Of a DNA stretch of 64,000 nucleotides, positions 41,398 through 52,501 are shown piece after piece (position 1 is the first letter of the stretch; each line of letters opens with the position of its first letter). Made by a program: the position numbers and the translations under genes. The notes beneath the pieces are model-generated. The model did not search any database. It was not told where the DNA came from and saw only the letters and a list, made by a program, of their open reading frames with translations. This stretch comes from an uncultured Gemmatimonadales bacterium (GTDB lineage: Bacteria; Gemmatimonadota; Gemmatimonadetes; Gemmatimonadales; GWC2-71-9), in assembly GCA_963748815.1 (NCBI GenBank), contig CAVVKJ010000019.1, positions 1 to 64,000 on the forward strand, in the 5' to 3' direction.

Positions 41398-41982
41398 GTG
41401 AAATGGCTCAAGACGGTCCTCGGGTTCGGCCTCCTCTTCGTCGTCGTGGGCTACCTGGTGGCGTTCTTCTCCGTCCTGGCGGTGAGCCGGCAGGACCAGG
41501 CGCGCCCCGTTCCCGCCATCGTCGTGCTCGGCGCCGCCCAGTACAACGGCAAACCGAGCCCGGTCCTCAAGGCTCGGCTCGACCACGCGGCCCAACTCTA
41601 CGCCGACAGCATCGCCCCCATCATCGTGCTGACCGGCGGGGTGGCCACCGGCGACAAGATCAGCGAAGCCGAGGCCGCGGCGGTCTACCTGGCCGGCTCG
41701 GTGCCACCCCCCGTCCTGGTCGTGCTCCCCACCGGGCGCACCACCGACGCGTCGATCGTGGCCGCCGCCGAGTGGTGCCGGGGCTATGGCATTACGGAGG
41801 TCGTGGTGGTGAGCGATCCCTTCCACATGCTGCGCGTTCGGCTCGAAGCGCGGCGGCAGGGGCTCACCGCCTGGACCAGCCCCACGCGCACCAGTCCCAT
41901 CTCCGCCCGGGTGGGGCGCGAGTTCCCCTACCTGGTGGCCGAAGCGGCCAAGGTGCTCGTCGCCGGGAGTCGCGGCTGGTAG
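41398..41982 (+). CDS. YdcF/DUF218 family protein
   Basis: AIVVLGAA, LKARLD, VLTGG, VVSDPFHMLR, RE. Confidence 0.9.
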   Translation: MKWLKTVLGFGLLFVVVGYLVAFFSVLAVSRQDQARPVPAIVVLGAAQYNGKPSPVLKARLDHAAQLYADSIAPIIVLTGGVATGDKISEAEAAAVYLAGSVPPPVLVVLPTGRTTDASIVAAAEWCRGYGITEVVVVSDPFHMLRVRLEARRQGLTAWTSPTRTSPISARVGREFPYLVAEAAKVLVAGSRGW

Positions 41983-41997
41983 CGGTGCCGGGGCGGC

Positions 41998-43329
41998 CTA
42001 TCGGAGGTACCTCAACCACAAGTAGACATGCGCAATTCCCACGCTCAGGAGCATGAGCGGCAGGGCGCGCAGCGTGAACTTGCCGAACCGGAACGGTACG
42101 CCGGCCCGCTCGGCGAGGCCGGCCACGGTCAGGTTGGCGCTCGCCCCGATGAGCGTCCCGTTGCCGCCGAGGCAGGCGCCCAGCGCCAGCGCCCACCAGA
42201 CCGGGTGCAACCCGGCCGCCCCGCCAAACGCCGATTCGAGCCCCTTCACCAGCGGAATCATCGTGGCCACGAAGGGGATGTTGTCGAGCACCGCGGAGAG
42301 CAGCGCCGACATCCAGAGCACCGCGAGGACCGTCACCGTCGGGTCGCCCCCGGTGGCGGCGAGCAGTTTGTGGCCCAGAAGCTCGAGCAGCCCCGTTTTC
42401 GCCACCCCCTCGACCATCACGAACAGGCCGATGAAGAAGAAGAGCGTGATCCACTCCACCTCGCCGAAGCTGGTGTGCACGTGGTGGGTCTGCTCCTCGG
42501 CGGTGCGGTCGTGGACGTCGAGCAGCAGCAGCACCGCCGCGCCGAACATCGCGATGGTGCCGACCTCCAGGTGCGTATACCGGGCGGTCACGAACGCGGC
42601 GACGACCCCGGTCAGGACCAGGAGGACATGCCGGAGGAGCCGCGGGTTGGTGATCGATTCCCGTTCGTCCATGGCCAACACCCGGGCCCGGGCCTCGTCC
42701 GAGGCGCGCAGGCGGCGTCCCCATACCAGGTGGCCGATCGCGCCGTGCACCAGGACGATGATCACGACCACCGGGCCGAGGTTGAAGAGGAAGTCGTTGA
42801 AGGTGAAGCCGACGGCGGACCCGATCATGATGTTCGGCGGGTCGCCCACGAGGGTGGCGGTGCCGCCTACGTTGGAGGCCATGATCTCCGCGAAGAGGTA
42901 GGGCCAGGGGTCCACTTCCAGCTGCCGGGTGATGGCCAGTGTCACCGGGGCGACGAGCAGGACGGTCGTCACGTTGTCGAGCAGCGAAGAGAAGATGGCG
43001 GTGATGACCGCCAGGAGCGCCAGGATGGCGGCGGGCCGGGCACGGGCCAGCTTGACCGCGTGGATGGCCACGTACTCGAAGAGACCGGTGCGGCCGGCGA
43101 TGCCCACGATCAGCATCATGCCGGCGAGCAACATGATGGTGTTCCAGTCCACGCCGCGGATCGCCTCGTCCTGGCTGAGCACGCCGGTCACGATCACCAG
43201 GCAGGCGCCGATGCCCACCACGACGGCGCGATTCACCCGGTCGGCGATGATGGCGACGTAGGCAATGACGAGAAGGGCGGTGGCGACCCAGATGGGATTG
43301 AGGCCGAAGAGGAGGTGCGGAGACTCCAT
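41998..43329 (-). CDS. ArsB/NhaD (P-protein-like) ion transporter
   Basis: LDNVTTVLL, SNVGGTATLVGDPPNIMI, LDNIPFVATMIP, GGNGTLIGASAN. Confidence 0.92.
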   Translation of the reverse strand: MESPHLLFGLNPIWVATALLVIAYVAIIADRVNRAVVVGIGACLVIVTGVLSQDEAIRGVDWNTIMLLAGMMLIVGIAGRTGLFEYVAIHAVKLARARPAAILALLAVITAIFSSLLDNVTTVLLVAPVTLAITRQLEVDPWPYLFAEIMASNVGGTATLVGDPPNIMIGSAVGFTFNDFLFNLGPVVVIIVLVHGAIGHLVWGRRLRASDEARARVLAMDERESITNPRLLRHVLLVLTGVVAAFVTARYTHLEVGTIAMFGAAVLLLLDVHDRTAEEQTHHVHTSFGEVEWITLFFFIGLFVMVEGVAKTGLLELLGHKLLAATGGDPTVTVLAVLWMSALLSAVLDNIPFVATMIPLVKGLESAFGGAAGLHPVWWALALGACLGGNGTLIGASANLTVAGLAERAGVPFRFGKFTLRALPLMLLSVGIAHVYLWLRYLR

Positions 43330-43439
43330 GGAGCTCGCCGGGAGGAGGAGGAGGGAAGATTACGGCAGGCTGAACGGTATGGCCAGCCGTGGCGAGAATC
43401 CCTATCTTGACCAAGTTGCTCCCCTAACCCCGAGCTCCT

Positions 43440-44315
43440 ATGCGCCGAGTCCTCCGGTGGCTCCGGTACACCGTCGCCATGCTGGTCGTCTTGCTGCTGC
43501 TCGCGGCGGCGACGCTGTACACCCTCTCCGAACGCATCCTGCGTCGCACCTACGACGAACCGCTGGTGGCCATCCCGATCCCCGCGGACTCGGGCTCCAT
43601 TGCCGAAGGGGGCCGTCTGGCGCTGATTCACGGCTGCCGCGGCTGCCACACTCCAGACCTCTCCGGCCAGTGGTTCGAGGACGATTTCCTGATCGCCCGG
43701 TTTGCCGCGCCGAGCCTCACCCTGGCGGCCCAGAAATACTCCGACGAGGAACTGGTCCGGATCATCCGGCGCGGCGTGCGCCCCGACGGTCGAAGCGTCT
43801 GGGCCATGTCGTCGGAGATGTTCGCTCCCCTCACGGACGCCGATCTCGGGAAGATCATCGCCTATGTGCGCAGCGTCTCACCGCCGGGTGGGCTGCCGCA
43901 GATGCTCAAGCCGGGCCCCCTGGGTCGCCTCGGGATCACCACCGGCGAGTTCATGCCCGCAGCCAGCCTGGTTCGCGTCACCGACTCGATCACCGCCTCG
44001 GGCTATTTCCCCAGCGGGGACGCGCCGAACGCCTTCGGCGCCTACCTGGCGAGGACCTCCTGTCCCGAATGCCATAACCTCGCGCTCCAGGGATATCCGG
44101 GTGACACCCCCGATCTCAGCATCGTGGCGGGCTACACGCCGGAACAGTTCGCCCACTTCTTCGCGACCGGCGAGGCGCTGGGCGGTCGGGAGCTCAAACT
44201 CATGAGCGAGATGGCCCGGAACCGCTTCAGCAACTTCACCGACGAGGAAGAGGCCGCGCTCTACTCCTACCTGGTGGCCCGGGCGGCCGCCATCCAGGGC
44301 GCTCCCGTTCCATGA
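43440..44315 (+). CDS. Membrane-anchored di-heme cytochrome c
   Basis: CRGCH and CPECH heme motifs, N-terminal TM, IRRGVRPDG. Confidence 0.88.
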   Translation: MRRVLRWLRYTVAMLVVLLLLAAATLYTLSERILRRTYDEPLVAIPIPADSGSIAEGGRLALIHGCRGCHTPDLSGQWFEDDFLIARFAAPSLTLAAQKYSDEELVRIIRRGVRPDGRSVWAMSSEMFAPLTDADLGKIIAYVRSVSPPGGLPQMLKPGPLGRLGITTGEFMPAASLVRVTDSITASGYFPSGDAPNAFGAYLARTSCPECHNLALQGYPGDTPDLSIVAGYTPEQFAHFFATGEALGGRELKLMSEMARNRFSNFTDEEEAALYSYLVARAAAIQGAPVP

Positions 44316-44737
44316 GGCTCGGTGCCGCCGCCTTCCTGGCCGGTGCCCTCTGGGGGCTGCTCGCCTGGGGACTCGGTGCCCGGGCGTACGGCCCGGGACT
44401 CTGGGGCGGTGTCGTGGCGGCCCCCTTCATCGGCGTCGCCGTTGCCGCCGGACTGCAGGCGCGCTTCGAGTACGCCTCCGGATGGCAGCGCTGGCTCACC
44501 GCCCTCGGCAGCCTCTACCTCGGGGCGACCCTCTTTGCCCTCGCGGTGGGAATCACCGGCGCCCTGACCGGCAGCCCGACCCGCAACCCGCTCGAAGTCG
44601 TCTGGGAAGCCGTGCTCGGCACCTGGTGGGGAGTCACGCTGACCGGATTCCTGATTGCCCTCTGGCCCCTGGCCTACCTGACCCATATCGTGTTGGGGTA
44701 CGCAGACGGCATCTCTCCCGACCGGAGGTCTTCGTGA
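44312..44737 (+). CDS. Hypothetical membrane protein (4 TM)
   Basis: ATGA-coupled to the upstream gene; hydrophobic throughout. Confidence 0.65.
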   Translation: MRLGAAAFLAGALWGLLAWGLGARAYGPGLWGGVVAAPFIGVAVAAGLQARFEYASGWQRWLTALGSLYLGATLFALAVGITGALTGSPTRNPLEVVWEAVLGTWWGVTLTGFLIALWPLAYLTHIVLGYADGISPDRRSS

Positions 44738-44889
44738 GTCATTCCAACACCGCCGCCAAGGCCGGCATCGGGTTCGGCAGCGCGCTGGCCATCACCATCT
44801 CCTGGAGCGCCAACCACTCCATCCTCTGGGCCATCCTGCACGGACTCTTCAGCTGGTTCTACGTCGTCTACTACGCGATCCGCTACTGA
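44734..44889 (+). CDS. Small 51-aa membrane protein
   Basis: GGAGG RBS, GTGA overlap; GIGFGSALAITISWSANHSILWAILHGLFSWFYVVYY. Confidence 0.8.
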   Translation: MSHSNTAAKAGIGFGSALAITISWSANHSILWAILHGLFSWFYVVYYAIRY

Positions 44890-44904
44890 CCATCGGAGGG
44901 GCGC

Positions 44905-45465
44905 ATGGCGAGGATGAAGACCTATCGGCTGGACCGGGTGTTCGTCGAGCGGGGCGAGGCGCATCCCGCGCAGTGGACCTTTGCCGGCACGTCGGTGAGC
45001 GGTACCGAGCAGTGGTACGGCGTCACCGACGGCAACTTCCCGGCGCGGAACAGCTGGGAGTTCGTGCTCCGGATTCCCAAGGCGGCGGGTGAGCGCATCG
45101 AGGTTCGGCCGAGAAGCACACCGAAGCTGAAGGTCTGGGAGGAGCTGACCGACCGGTCGCTCACCTTCATGCGGGCGACGATGCCCGCCGCGCGGGGCAA
45201 GCGGTACTGCCAGGTGGCGCTGGCCGACACCAAGGGCCAGAAGACCAAGGACGTGGTCCGCACCGACGAGCGGCACCTCCTGCCGAAGTGGTTCGACCTC
45301 ATCGGGCACCGGCTCCGCGCCAAGGAGAGTGTCCGGCGCACGCGAGGCACCGACGGGAAGGCGCTGGTGGCGCTGGTGCAGGATACCGACCACGAAATGA
45401 TGATCCGGTTATTCTTCGCGATGAAGGTGTGGGTGCTGAAGGAGAAATTCTCCCTCCCGGAGTGA
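44905..45465 (+). CDS. Hypothetical protein (basic, soluble)
   Basis: GGAGG RBS, GC-rich third codon positions, operon position. Confidence 0.7.
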   Translation: MARMKTYRLDRVFVERGEAHPAQWTFAGTSVSGTEQWYGVTDGNFPARNSWEFVLRIPKAAGERIEVRPRSTPKLKVWEELTDRSLTFMRATMPAARGKRYCQVALADTKGQKTKDVVRTDERHLLPKWFDLIGHRLRAKESVRRTRGTDGKALVALVQDTDHEMMIRLFFAMKVWVLKEKFSLPE

Positions 45466-45469
45466 CACC

Positions 45470-45985
45470 ATGGATCCGCTCTTCCTGCTGATGCGCCTGC
45501 TGCACGTGGTCCTGGGTGTCTTCTGGGTCGGCACGATCGTCTTCGCCGCGACCCTCATGCTGCCGAGCATCCGCGACGCCGGCCCCGACGGGGGCAAGGT
45601 CATGTTCGCCCTGCTGCGGCGGGGATATCTGACGATTCTCCCCATCGTGGCGTTGATAACCATTGTGTCCGGTCTCTGGCTGTACATGGCACTGATGAAG
45701 AATGCCGGGCCCGCCTGGGCCGGCTCGATGGCGGCGCGGGTCTACGGCGTAGGCGCGGTGGCCGCGCTGGTGGCCTTCGGGCTCGGTATCTTCATCATGC
45801 GCCCCAATGGGCTGAAAGTGCGCGCCATCATGGAGGCGCTGCCCACCACGCCCGAGGGACCTGCCCGAGCCGCGCTCATGGACAAGCTGGTCCTGCCGCG
45901 GCAAAAGACAGCCGCAATCGCGCCCTGGATCGCCGGGCTGCTCACGATCGCCGCGATCACGATGGCGGTCGCGCGCTACCTGTAA
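45470..45985 (+). CDS. Membrane protein (DUF2269/CopD-like 4 TM)
   Basis: RLLHVVLGVFWVG, TIVSGLWLY. Confidence 0.7.
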   Translation: MDPLFLLMRLLHVVLGVFWVGTIVFAATLMLPSIRDAGPDGGKVMFALLRRGYLTILPIVALITIVSGLWLYMALMKNAGPAWAGSMAARVYGVGAVAALVAFGLGIFIMRPNGLKVRAIMEALPTTPEGPARAALMDKLVLPRQKTAAIAPWIAGLLTIAAITMAVARYL

Positions 45986-45987
45986 GG

Positions 45988-46061
45988 GCGTCCCCCCTCT
46001 CCACATGGTGGAGAGGGGGACAGGGGGTGAGGGACTCACGCGAAGTCGCGAAGCCGCGAAG
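45988..46061 (+). repeat. PLS hairpin followed by (CGCGAAGN)3
   Basis: PLS 45988-46032; CTCACGCGAAGTCGCGAAGCCGCGAAG 46035-46061. Confidence 0.88.
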
Positions 46062-46077
46062 TCATGGGAGGGAAAGT

Positions 46078-46506
46078 TTGACGAAGCGACTTCTGGGGAC
46101 GGTGCTCGGCCTGTTCATCCTCGCCACCGCCGGGTGCTCCAAGAGCACGCCCGAGGGGACCAGCCCGATGCTGTCTCCCGTGGGGACGGAATGGCGCTTG
46201 GTCGCCGTGGTGGGCGTGCCTGCCGGGACCGGCGCCAACGGCAAGCCCGCCACCCTCCTTCTTGAGGAGTTGAGTGGCCGCGCCAGCGGGTTTGCCGGCT
46301 GCAACACCTTTTCCGGCAGCTACACCCTGTCCGGATCCTCGATCGCCTTCGGACCGCTCGCCATGACCCGGATGGCCTGCGCGACGGGTGGCGAGCTCGA
46401 GTCCCGCTACGCCGGGGCGCTCGAGCAGGCCACCGAATGGAAGATGACGTCCCAGGGGTTGGAGCTGCGCAAGGGTTCCACCCTGCTGGCACGGTTCACG
46501 AAGTAA
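46078..46506 (+). CDS. META-domain (HslJ-like) lipoprotein
   Basis: TAGC lipobox, GTEWRL, SGFAGCN, MTRMAC. Confidence 0.88.
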   Translation: MTKRLLGTVLGLFILATAGCSKSTPEGTSPMLSPVGTEWRLVAVVGVPAGTGANGKPATLLLEELSGRASGFAGCNTFSGSYTLSGSSIAFGPLAMTRMACATGGELESRYAGALEQATEWKMTSQGLELRKGSTLLARFTK

Positions 46507-46538
46507 CTCACCGCACCGATCACGGTCTGGAGGTTGTT

Positions 46539-46994
46539 GTGGCCAAGTTCACCGTCAACGGCAAGGCGATCGATTCCGCTGCCGCACCCGACACCCCCCT
46601 GCTCTGGGTTCTCCGCGAGGACCTCGCACTCACCGGCACCAAGTTCGGCTGCGGCATCGGCCAGTGCGGCGCCTGCACCGTGCACGTGGACGGCGAGGCG
46701 GCCAGGTCGTGCCAGCTCCCCGTCTCCGCGGTGGAGGGGAAGTCCATCATGACCATCGAGGGCCTCTCCGACGACGGGACGCATCCGCTGCAGGTCGCGT
46801 GGATCGAGGAGCAGGTGCCGCAGTGCGGGTACTGCCAGTCGGGACAGATCATGGCAGCCGCCGCGCTCCTGGCCGACACGCCGAAACCCACCGACGCCGA
46901 CATCGACGCCGCCATGTCCGGCAACATCTGCCGCTGCGGCACCTACCAGCGCATCCGGAAAGCCGTCCACCGGGCGGCGGGAGGTGCCTCATGA
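46539..46994 (+). CDS. iorA: [2Fe-2S] small subunit, isoquinoline 1-oxidoreductase alpha-like
   Basis: [38 protein letters not shown]. Confidence 0.92.
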   Translation: MAKFTVNGKAIDSAAAPDTPLLWVLREDLALTGTKFGCGIGQCGACTVHVDGEAARSCQLPVSAVEGKSIMTIEGLSDDGTHPLQVAWIEEQVPQCGYCQSGQIMAAAALLADTPKPTDADIDAAMSGNICRCGTYQRIRKAVHRAAGGAS

Positions 46995-49123
46995 GCGCCA
47001 ACGACGTCTCACGCCGCGATTTCATGCGTGCCGGCATCGCGGCCGGCGCCGGCCTGACCCTGGCCATCTACCTCCCCGGCTGCTCGCCGCGTGCGCCGGT
47101 TGTCACCGGCCCGCCGTTCGTGCCCAACGCCTGGCTCAAGATCGGCACCGACGGCGTCGTCACGGTCGTGGTGGACAAGTCTGAAATGGGCCAGGGGGTG
47201 CTGACCTCCCTTCCGCAGATGATCATGGAGGAGCTCGACGGCGACTGGACCACCGTGAAAGTCGAGGAGGCGCCCGTCGGTCCGCAGTACGTCAACGCGG
47301 CCTTTGGAATGCAGGGCACCGGCGGCAGCACCAGCGTGCGGATCTCGATGCAGCCGCTCCGCGAGGCGGGCGCCAGGGCGCGCGCCATGCTCGTCGCCGC
47401 GGCGGCACAGCAGTGGGGCATTGACCCCTCCGCCTGCTCCACCGAGAACGGGTATGTGAAGGAGACGGGCAAGCGCCGGAAGCTGAGCTACGGCGAGCTC
47501 ACCGTGGCCGCCGCCGCCATGCCGGTGCCCGAGACCGTCACCCTCAAGGACCCGAAGGATTTCACGCTGATCGGGAAGTCGATCAGGCGGCTCGACCTGC
47601 AGAGCAAGGTGACCGGCACCGCCGGCTTCGGGATCGACGCCCACACGCCGGGGATGTTCGTGGCGGTGGTGGCCCGGACGCCGGTCCTCGGCGCCACAGC
47701 GACGGGGTTCAGCGCCGAGGCGGCGCTCGCCGTGCCGGGCGTCAAGCAGGTGGTACAGATCGCCTCCGGCGTGGCGGTCGTTGCCACCGGATACTGGGCC
47801 GCGATCAAGGGGCGCGAGGCGCTCCAGGTGACATGGAGCAAGAGCCCGATGGCGGGCGTCAGCAGCGCCACCCTCGCGGCGAAGTACAAGGCGCTCGCCT
47901 CCAAGCCCGGCGTCACCGCTCGGCACGACGGCGACCCCGCCGGCGCGCTCCGGCGCGCTGCAAAGGTGGTCGAGGCCACGTACACGGCACCGTACCTGGC
48001 CCATGCCTGCATGGAACCGATGAACTGCGCCGCTTCGGTGGAGGCCGACAAGGTCACCGTCTGGGCGCCGACCCAGTTCCAGTCGGGCGTCGAGATGATC
48101 GCCACCCAGTTCACCGGACTCCCGGCGAGCGCCGTCACGGTCCACACCACCTACCTCGGCGGTGGCTTCGGGCGGCGGTTCGAGCTCGACTTCGTGATCG
48201 ACGCGGTGCAGACCTCCCAGGCCGTCGGCGCGCCGGTCAAGGTCATCTGGCCGCGTGAGGACGACATCCGCCACGACTACTTCCGGCCCGCCACCTACAG
48301 CACGCTCACCGCGGGACTCGACGCGGGCAACCAGATGACCGCCTGGTCGCAGACGGTGGTCACCCCCTCGATCATGACCCGCTTCACGGCCGCCTTCGGC
48401 CCGCTCCCCAACGGGGTGGACGGGACGTCGGTGGAGGGCACGGCGGACGTCGCCTACGGCATCCCGAACTTCCACTGTGGTTGGGTGGACGCCGAGGTCG
48501 GCGTGCCGATCGGGTTCTGGCGCTCGGTCGGCCACTCACAGAACGGCTTCATCGCCGAGTGCTTCATGGATGAGGTAGCCCAGGCCGCGGGCGCGGATCC
48601 CTACGAGTTCCGCCGGAAGCACCTCGCCAACTCGCCCCGTAACCTTGGCGTGCTGGAACTGGCCGCCACCAAGGCGGGCTGGGGCACGCCGCTCCCGGCG
48701 GGCCGCGCGCGCGGCATCGCCATGGTCCACTCCTTCGGCAGTCACGCCGCCCAGGTGGCCGAGGTCTCGATCGAGGACGGCAAGGTGCGGGTGCACCGCG
48801 TCGTCTGCGCCATCGACTGCGGCGTGGTAGTCAATCCTGACATCATCGCGGCCCAGATGGAAAGCTCGGTCGTGTACGGGCTCACCGCCGCCCTCTACGG
48901 CAACATCACCCTCGAGAACGGCGCGGTGGTGCAGGGAAATTTCGACACCTATCCGGTGCTCCGCATCGACGAGATGCCGGTGGTCGAGGTGCATATCGTG
49001 CCGAGCACGGAGGCGCCGGGCGGCGTCGGGGAGCCGGGCACGCCGCCGATCGCGCCGGCGGTGGCCAACGCGCTCTTCGCGCTGACCGGGAAGCGGATCC
49101 GAACGCTGCCCATCGAGGTCTGA
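46991..49123 (+). CDS. iorB: Molybdopterin oxidoreductase large subunit, IorB-like, Tat-exported
   Basis: SRRDF Tat motif, [31 protein letters not shown]. Confidence 0.92.
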   Translation: MSANDVSRRDFMRAGIAAGAGLTLAIYLPGCSPRAPVVTGPPFVPNAWLKIGTDGVVTVVVDKSEMGQGVLTSLPQMIMEELDGDWTTVKVEEAPVGPQYVNAAFGMQGTGGSTSVRISMQPLREAGARARAMLVAAAAQQWGIDPSACSTENGYVKETGKRRKLSYGELTVAAAAMPVPETVTLKDPKDFTLIGKSIRRLDLQSKVTGTAGFGIDAHTPGMFVAVVARTPVLGATATGFSAEAALAVPGVKQVVQIASGVAVVATGYWAAIKGREALQVTWSKSPMAGVSSATLAAKYKALASKPGVTARHDGDPAGALRRAAKVVEATYTAPYLAHACMEPMNCAASVEADKVTVWAPTQFQSGVEMIATQFTGLPASAVTVHTTYLGGGFGRRFELDFVIDAVQTSQAVGAPVKVIWPREDDIRHDYFRPATYSTLTAGLDAGNQMTAWSQTVVTPSIMTRFTAAFGPLPNGVDGTSVEGTADVAYGIPNFHCGWVDAEVGVPIGFWRSVGHSQNGFIAECFMDEVAQAAGADPYEFRRKHLANSPRNLGVLELAATKAGWGTPLPAGRARGIAMVHSFGSHAAQVAEVSIEDGKVRVHRVVCAIDCGVVVNPDIIAAQMESSVVYGLTAALYGNITLENGAVVQGNFDTYPVLRIDEMPVVEVHIVPSTEAPGGVGEPGTPPIAPAVANALFALTGKRIRTLPIEV

Positions 49124-49220
49124 CACGCAGCCCTTCGCCGAGGACGACTCACGCAACCAGCCGGCCCGGTCCTTCCTGGACCGGCTGGTCCGCCGGTACG
49201 CACGGCCTGCGTACATCGTC

Positions 49221-49941
49221 GTGGTCCTCGGCGTCTACGCGATCGTGGCGAGTGCACTCGGGCTGGCGCTGACGCCGGCGGTGCTGGTGTGGCAGGGGGT
49301 GGCGGAATGGAGCGCCAGGCTGTCCATGATGGGGCAGGCGTTCGCCGTCGCCCTTGGGACGGCGGTGGCGTTCTTCGTCTTCGGCTTCGCCCTCCTCATC
49401 GTCATCCCCGTGTACAACCTGGTGCTCCCCACCCGGGTCCGGCCGTTCAAGGGCGGGCTACTACACCCTACAGGCGGCGCCCTGGCTGCTGCACAACGCG
49501 CTCTTCTACCTGGTGCGGTACACCTTCCTGCCGTTCGTCACCCTCACACCCTTCGGCATCTGGTTTCTCAAGGCCATGGGGATGAAGATCGGGCGACACG
49601 CCTTCATCAACACCGAGTACATTTCCGATCCACGCCTGCTCGAGATTGGAGAGGACGCCGCCCTGGGCGGCAGCGTGCGGATCTGCGCCCATTTCGGTGG
49701 TGGCGGGCACCTGACGGTGGCTCCGGTCATCATCGGCGCGCGCGCCACGCTGGGGCTCGCGGTGACCGTCATGGGCGACGTACAGGTGGGTGACGGCGCC
49801 ACGGTGCTGCCAAACTCTGTGCTCCTCCCCGGCTCGCGCGTCGGCGCGGGGGAAACGTGGGGTGGCGTACCGGCGCGCCGCATTACGCGCGAGGAGATGG
49901 AAGCCTTCAAGGAAGGAATTCACGGAGTGCAACACCGGTGA
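49221..49941 (+). CDS. Membrane protein with left-handed beta-helix acyltransferase-like repeat (frameshift near 49455; start uncertain)
   Basis: GMKIG...[11 protein letters not shown]...[10 protein letters not shown]...VQVGDGATV...WGGVPA. Confidence 0.75.
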
Positions 49942-50534
49942 CGACCATCGCACTCGCGCCTGAACTCGAAGTCCGCCTCGCCGCGCTCCGCGAGGCGGGC
50001 TGGGCGCTCTTCGACCAGTTCGACCACGACGTGCGCGATCACCGGTGGCATCCCTTCGTGGCCGCCAATTACGAATCGGTGCTCGAGGCGCTCATCGCGC
50101 AGCGAGCGCCGGGGCTGAAATTCCTGGAATGGGGGTCGGCTACCGGCGTCATCACCATCATGGCCGACCTGCTCGGGTACGAGGCGTACGGCATCGAACT
50201 CGACGGATCACTGGTGGACACGGCGCGCGCGCTCGCCGCGCGATTCGAATCGAAGGCAACGTTTGTCGCCGGCAGCTTCCTCCCCGAGGGATACGCCTGG
50301 AAACCGAAGGACGGCGACGGCCGGCTCGGCACTATCGGTCAGGGACGTTCCGGGTACCTGGAGCTGGGCAAGCCGCTGGACGAGTTCGACCTCGTCTTCG
50401 GATACCCCTGGGCCGGGGAGGAGGCGATGATGCACGACCTCATGCGGTGCTACGGCGGTCGCGACGCGCGGCTGATGATCCACGGAACCGACCGCGGCGT
50501 GGAGATCTATCGGGACGGCAAGAAACAGGGCTGA
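49938..50534 (+). CDS. Class I SAM-dependent methyltransferase-like
   Basis: FLEWGSATG, YGIELD, FGYPW; GTGA overlap. Confidence 0.75.
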   Translation: MTTIALAPELEVRLAALREAGWALFDQFDHDVRDHRWHPFVAANYESVLEALIAQRAPGLKFLEWGSATGVITIMADLLGYEAYGIELDGSLVDTARALAARFESKATFVAGSFLPEGYAWKPKDGDGRLGTIGQGRSGYLELGKPLDEFDLVFGYPWAGEEAMMHDLMRCYGGRDARLMIHGTDRGVEIYRDGKKQG

Positions 50535-50563
50535 GAGGTGAGGACTGAGGACTGAGGGCTGAG
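50531..50563 (+). repeat. Heptamer tandem (CTGAGGR)n
   Basis: About five units; reverse complement of the 38959 heptamers; first unit contains the upstream TGA. Confidence 0.75.
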
Positions 50564-50617
50564 ATCACGATCGCGATCCAGCCTGGACTTCGCACCCCTG
50601 GACAGGAGGAGGCCGAA

Positions 50618-51106
50618 ATGTCGCGTCGCTCCGTCCCTCGATTCGCGGTGGTGGGGCTGTTTGCCGTGTTCGTTGCTGCCAGACAGTCTGCTGCGCAGGA
50701 AGGAGCGAGGTCCGCCCAGGCGGATTCGACCCATCGCGCCGCCGTGCTCGAGATGCTCCAGGTCATGAAAATTGGGGACGGGATCATGGAGATGATCGAG
50801 CTGTCCATGGCGGATACAACGGCCGGCGGGGGCATGGTCGAACCCCTTCGTTCGGCGTTTCTTGCGAAAGCCAGAGCGCGTCTGCCTGAACTGTTGCAAT
50901 CCCTCGTGCCGGGATTCGCCTCCAGGTTGACGCCGGACGACGTGCGGGAGATCACCGCGTTCTTCCGGTCGCCGAGTGGGGAACACTTGACCGCTGCTCG
51001 ATCGACGGCCGACCCCCAGATGGAGCAGGCGGTGGAACGCTGGGCGCTGAAGGTGGTCGGTGAGGTGATGATGGAGATGGGTGACGCACCCATCCCGGAG
51101 AAGTAA
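50618..51106 (+). CDS. DUF2059-like secreted protein
   Basis: GGAGG RBS, signal peptide, LTPDDVREITAFFRSPSG. Confidence 0.7.
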   Translation: MSRRSVPRFAVVGLFAVFVAARQSAAQEGARSAQADSTHRAAVLEMLQVMKIGDGIMEMIELSMADTTAGGGMVEPLRSAFLAKARARLPELLQSLVPGFASRLTPDDVREITAFFRSPSGEHLTAARSTADPQMEQAVERWALKVVGEVMMEMGDAPIPEK

Positions 51107-51172
51107 CGTCGCCGCACGAGGGTCCCACCGAAGTGGCCCGGAGTTGCTCCGGGCCGCTCACGGCGGGCGCCG

Positions 51173-52272
51173 CTACTGCCGGACCGCCTTCCCCCGCACA
51201 TCCCGCCGGTGCCGACGTTCGGTCCCTCCTGGAAGACGTAGTTCGACACCTGGGAAATCAGGTTCCCGTTGGCCGAGAGCTCCCAGGTGAAGTCTTCGCG
51301 GTAGGTGCTGCCCGGGGGGCCGGCAATGAAGTAGCCGCGCGCCTTGTGGGGGCTCCCCGCGATCACCGTCGCCGTGTAGTTGGCGATGTCGCCGGATCCC
51401 GGCGGATCCTCGTCTGCGATCGAGATGGTGCTGCCGCTCACTGTCAGCGTGTGCTTCGCCTGGCCGTACTCCACCGGGAGGCAGGCCCAGTTCTGCACGA
51501 AGACGCCGACCCAGTCGCCCGCCTTGCCGGTCCCTGCGCAGGGAAAGGTGATCTCGCTGTTCGGCAGGTCGGTCGCGGTCCCGCCGTTGTCGGTATAGGT
51601 GGCGCCGGTGACGGTGACCGTCGCGCTGTTGGACCGGAATTGCCAGACGGATTCGAGCGTGCCCTGGGTGCCCTGGATCTCGAAGAGCGCGTCGCCGTGG
51701 AGGCTGTACCCGCAGATGTTGGCCACGGCGTTCGCCGTGCCGTCGGCGGGCTTGAGGAGCAGCGGGCTCCCGAGCGGGACGGTCAGCGTCGTCATGTTGC
51801 CCGTCACCCCTTCGACGAAGGTGCCGGACCCGGTGGCCTCCCGTCCCACCGCGGTTCGGACAAAGTCCATTTCTCCCGCGAAGTTGCCGAGCCCGCCGGC
51901 GGTGGTGAGCGTCATGTCGACGTGCCCCGCAAAGCCGGGCGCCGCATCGGCGGGGTCACCATTGAAGGCGGCGGTGCCCGCCACGGTGGTTTCGGTGGAG
52001 CCGTTGCCGTCGCCGTCGAGCGGGGCCGAGAAGGTGTAGGTGTTCGGCGCCCCGGTGGGGGTAAACACGAAGCCACCGGACCCGGCTGATCCGGGATTGA
52101 GCATGAAGGGGATCACGGCCTCGAAATTCGCCATCCGGGTGACGAGCAGCGTCGCCCCGGTCTTCGCGTACGCGGCCAGTGCCGCGGACGGCGTGGTGAC
52201 CGGGTTCGGTTCGGAGTCGGAGCTGCACGACACGAAGGACAGGACCAGCAGGCTGGCGAGCAGACGGCGCAC
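51173..52272 (-). CDS. Hypothetical lipoprotein
   Basis: VLSFVSC lipobox-like leader, Gly/Thr-rich beta content; probable indel near 51190 hides the TAG at 51173. Confidence 0.65.
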
Positions 52273-52501
52273 GAGGCCTCCTCAGGGGGGGACACCGGCA
52301 GACGGCGGGCGACGAAGGGCGATACCTTACAGGCCGGGACAGGGGGAGTCAATAGGAGATCCCGGACCCGAGCGCCTGTACCCACGACCGGATGTGCGGG
52401 CGGCTCGATGCCTATCCAATCCTGCGCCATGGTGCAGATTACGGGAACGTAGAATGAGGGAGTCACCCTGATTCAGCTCTAACCAACCCGAGGTCGTCGC
52501 C

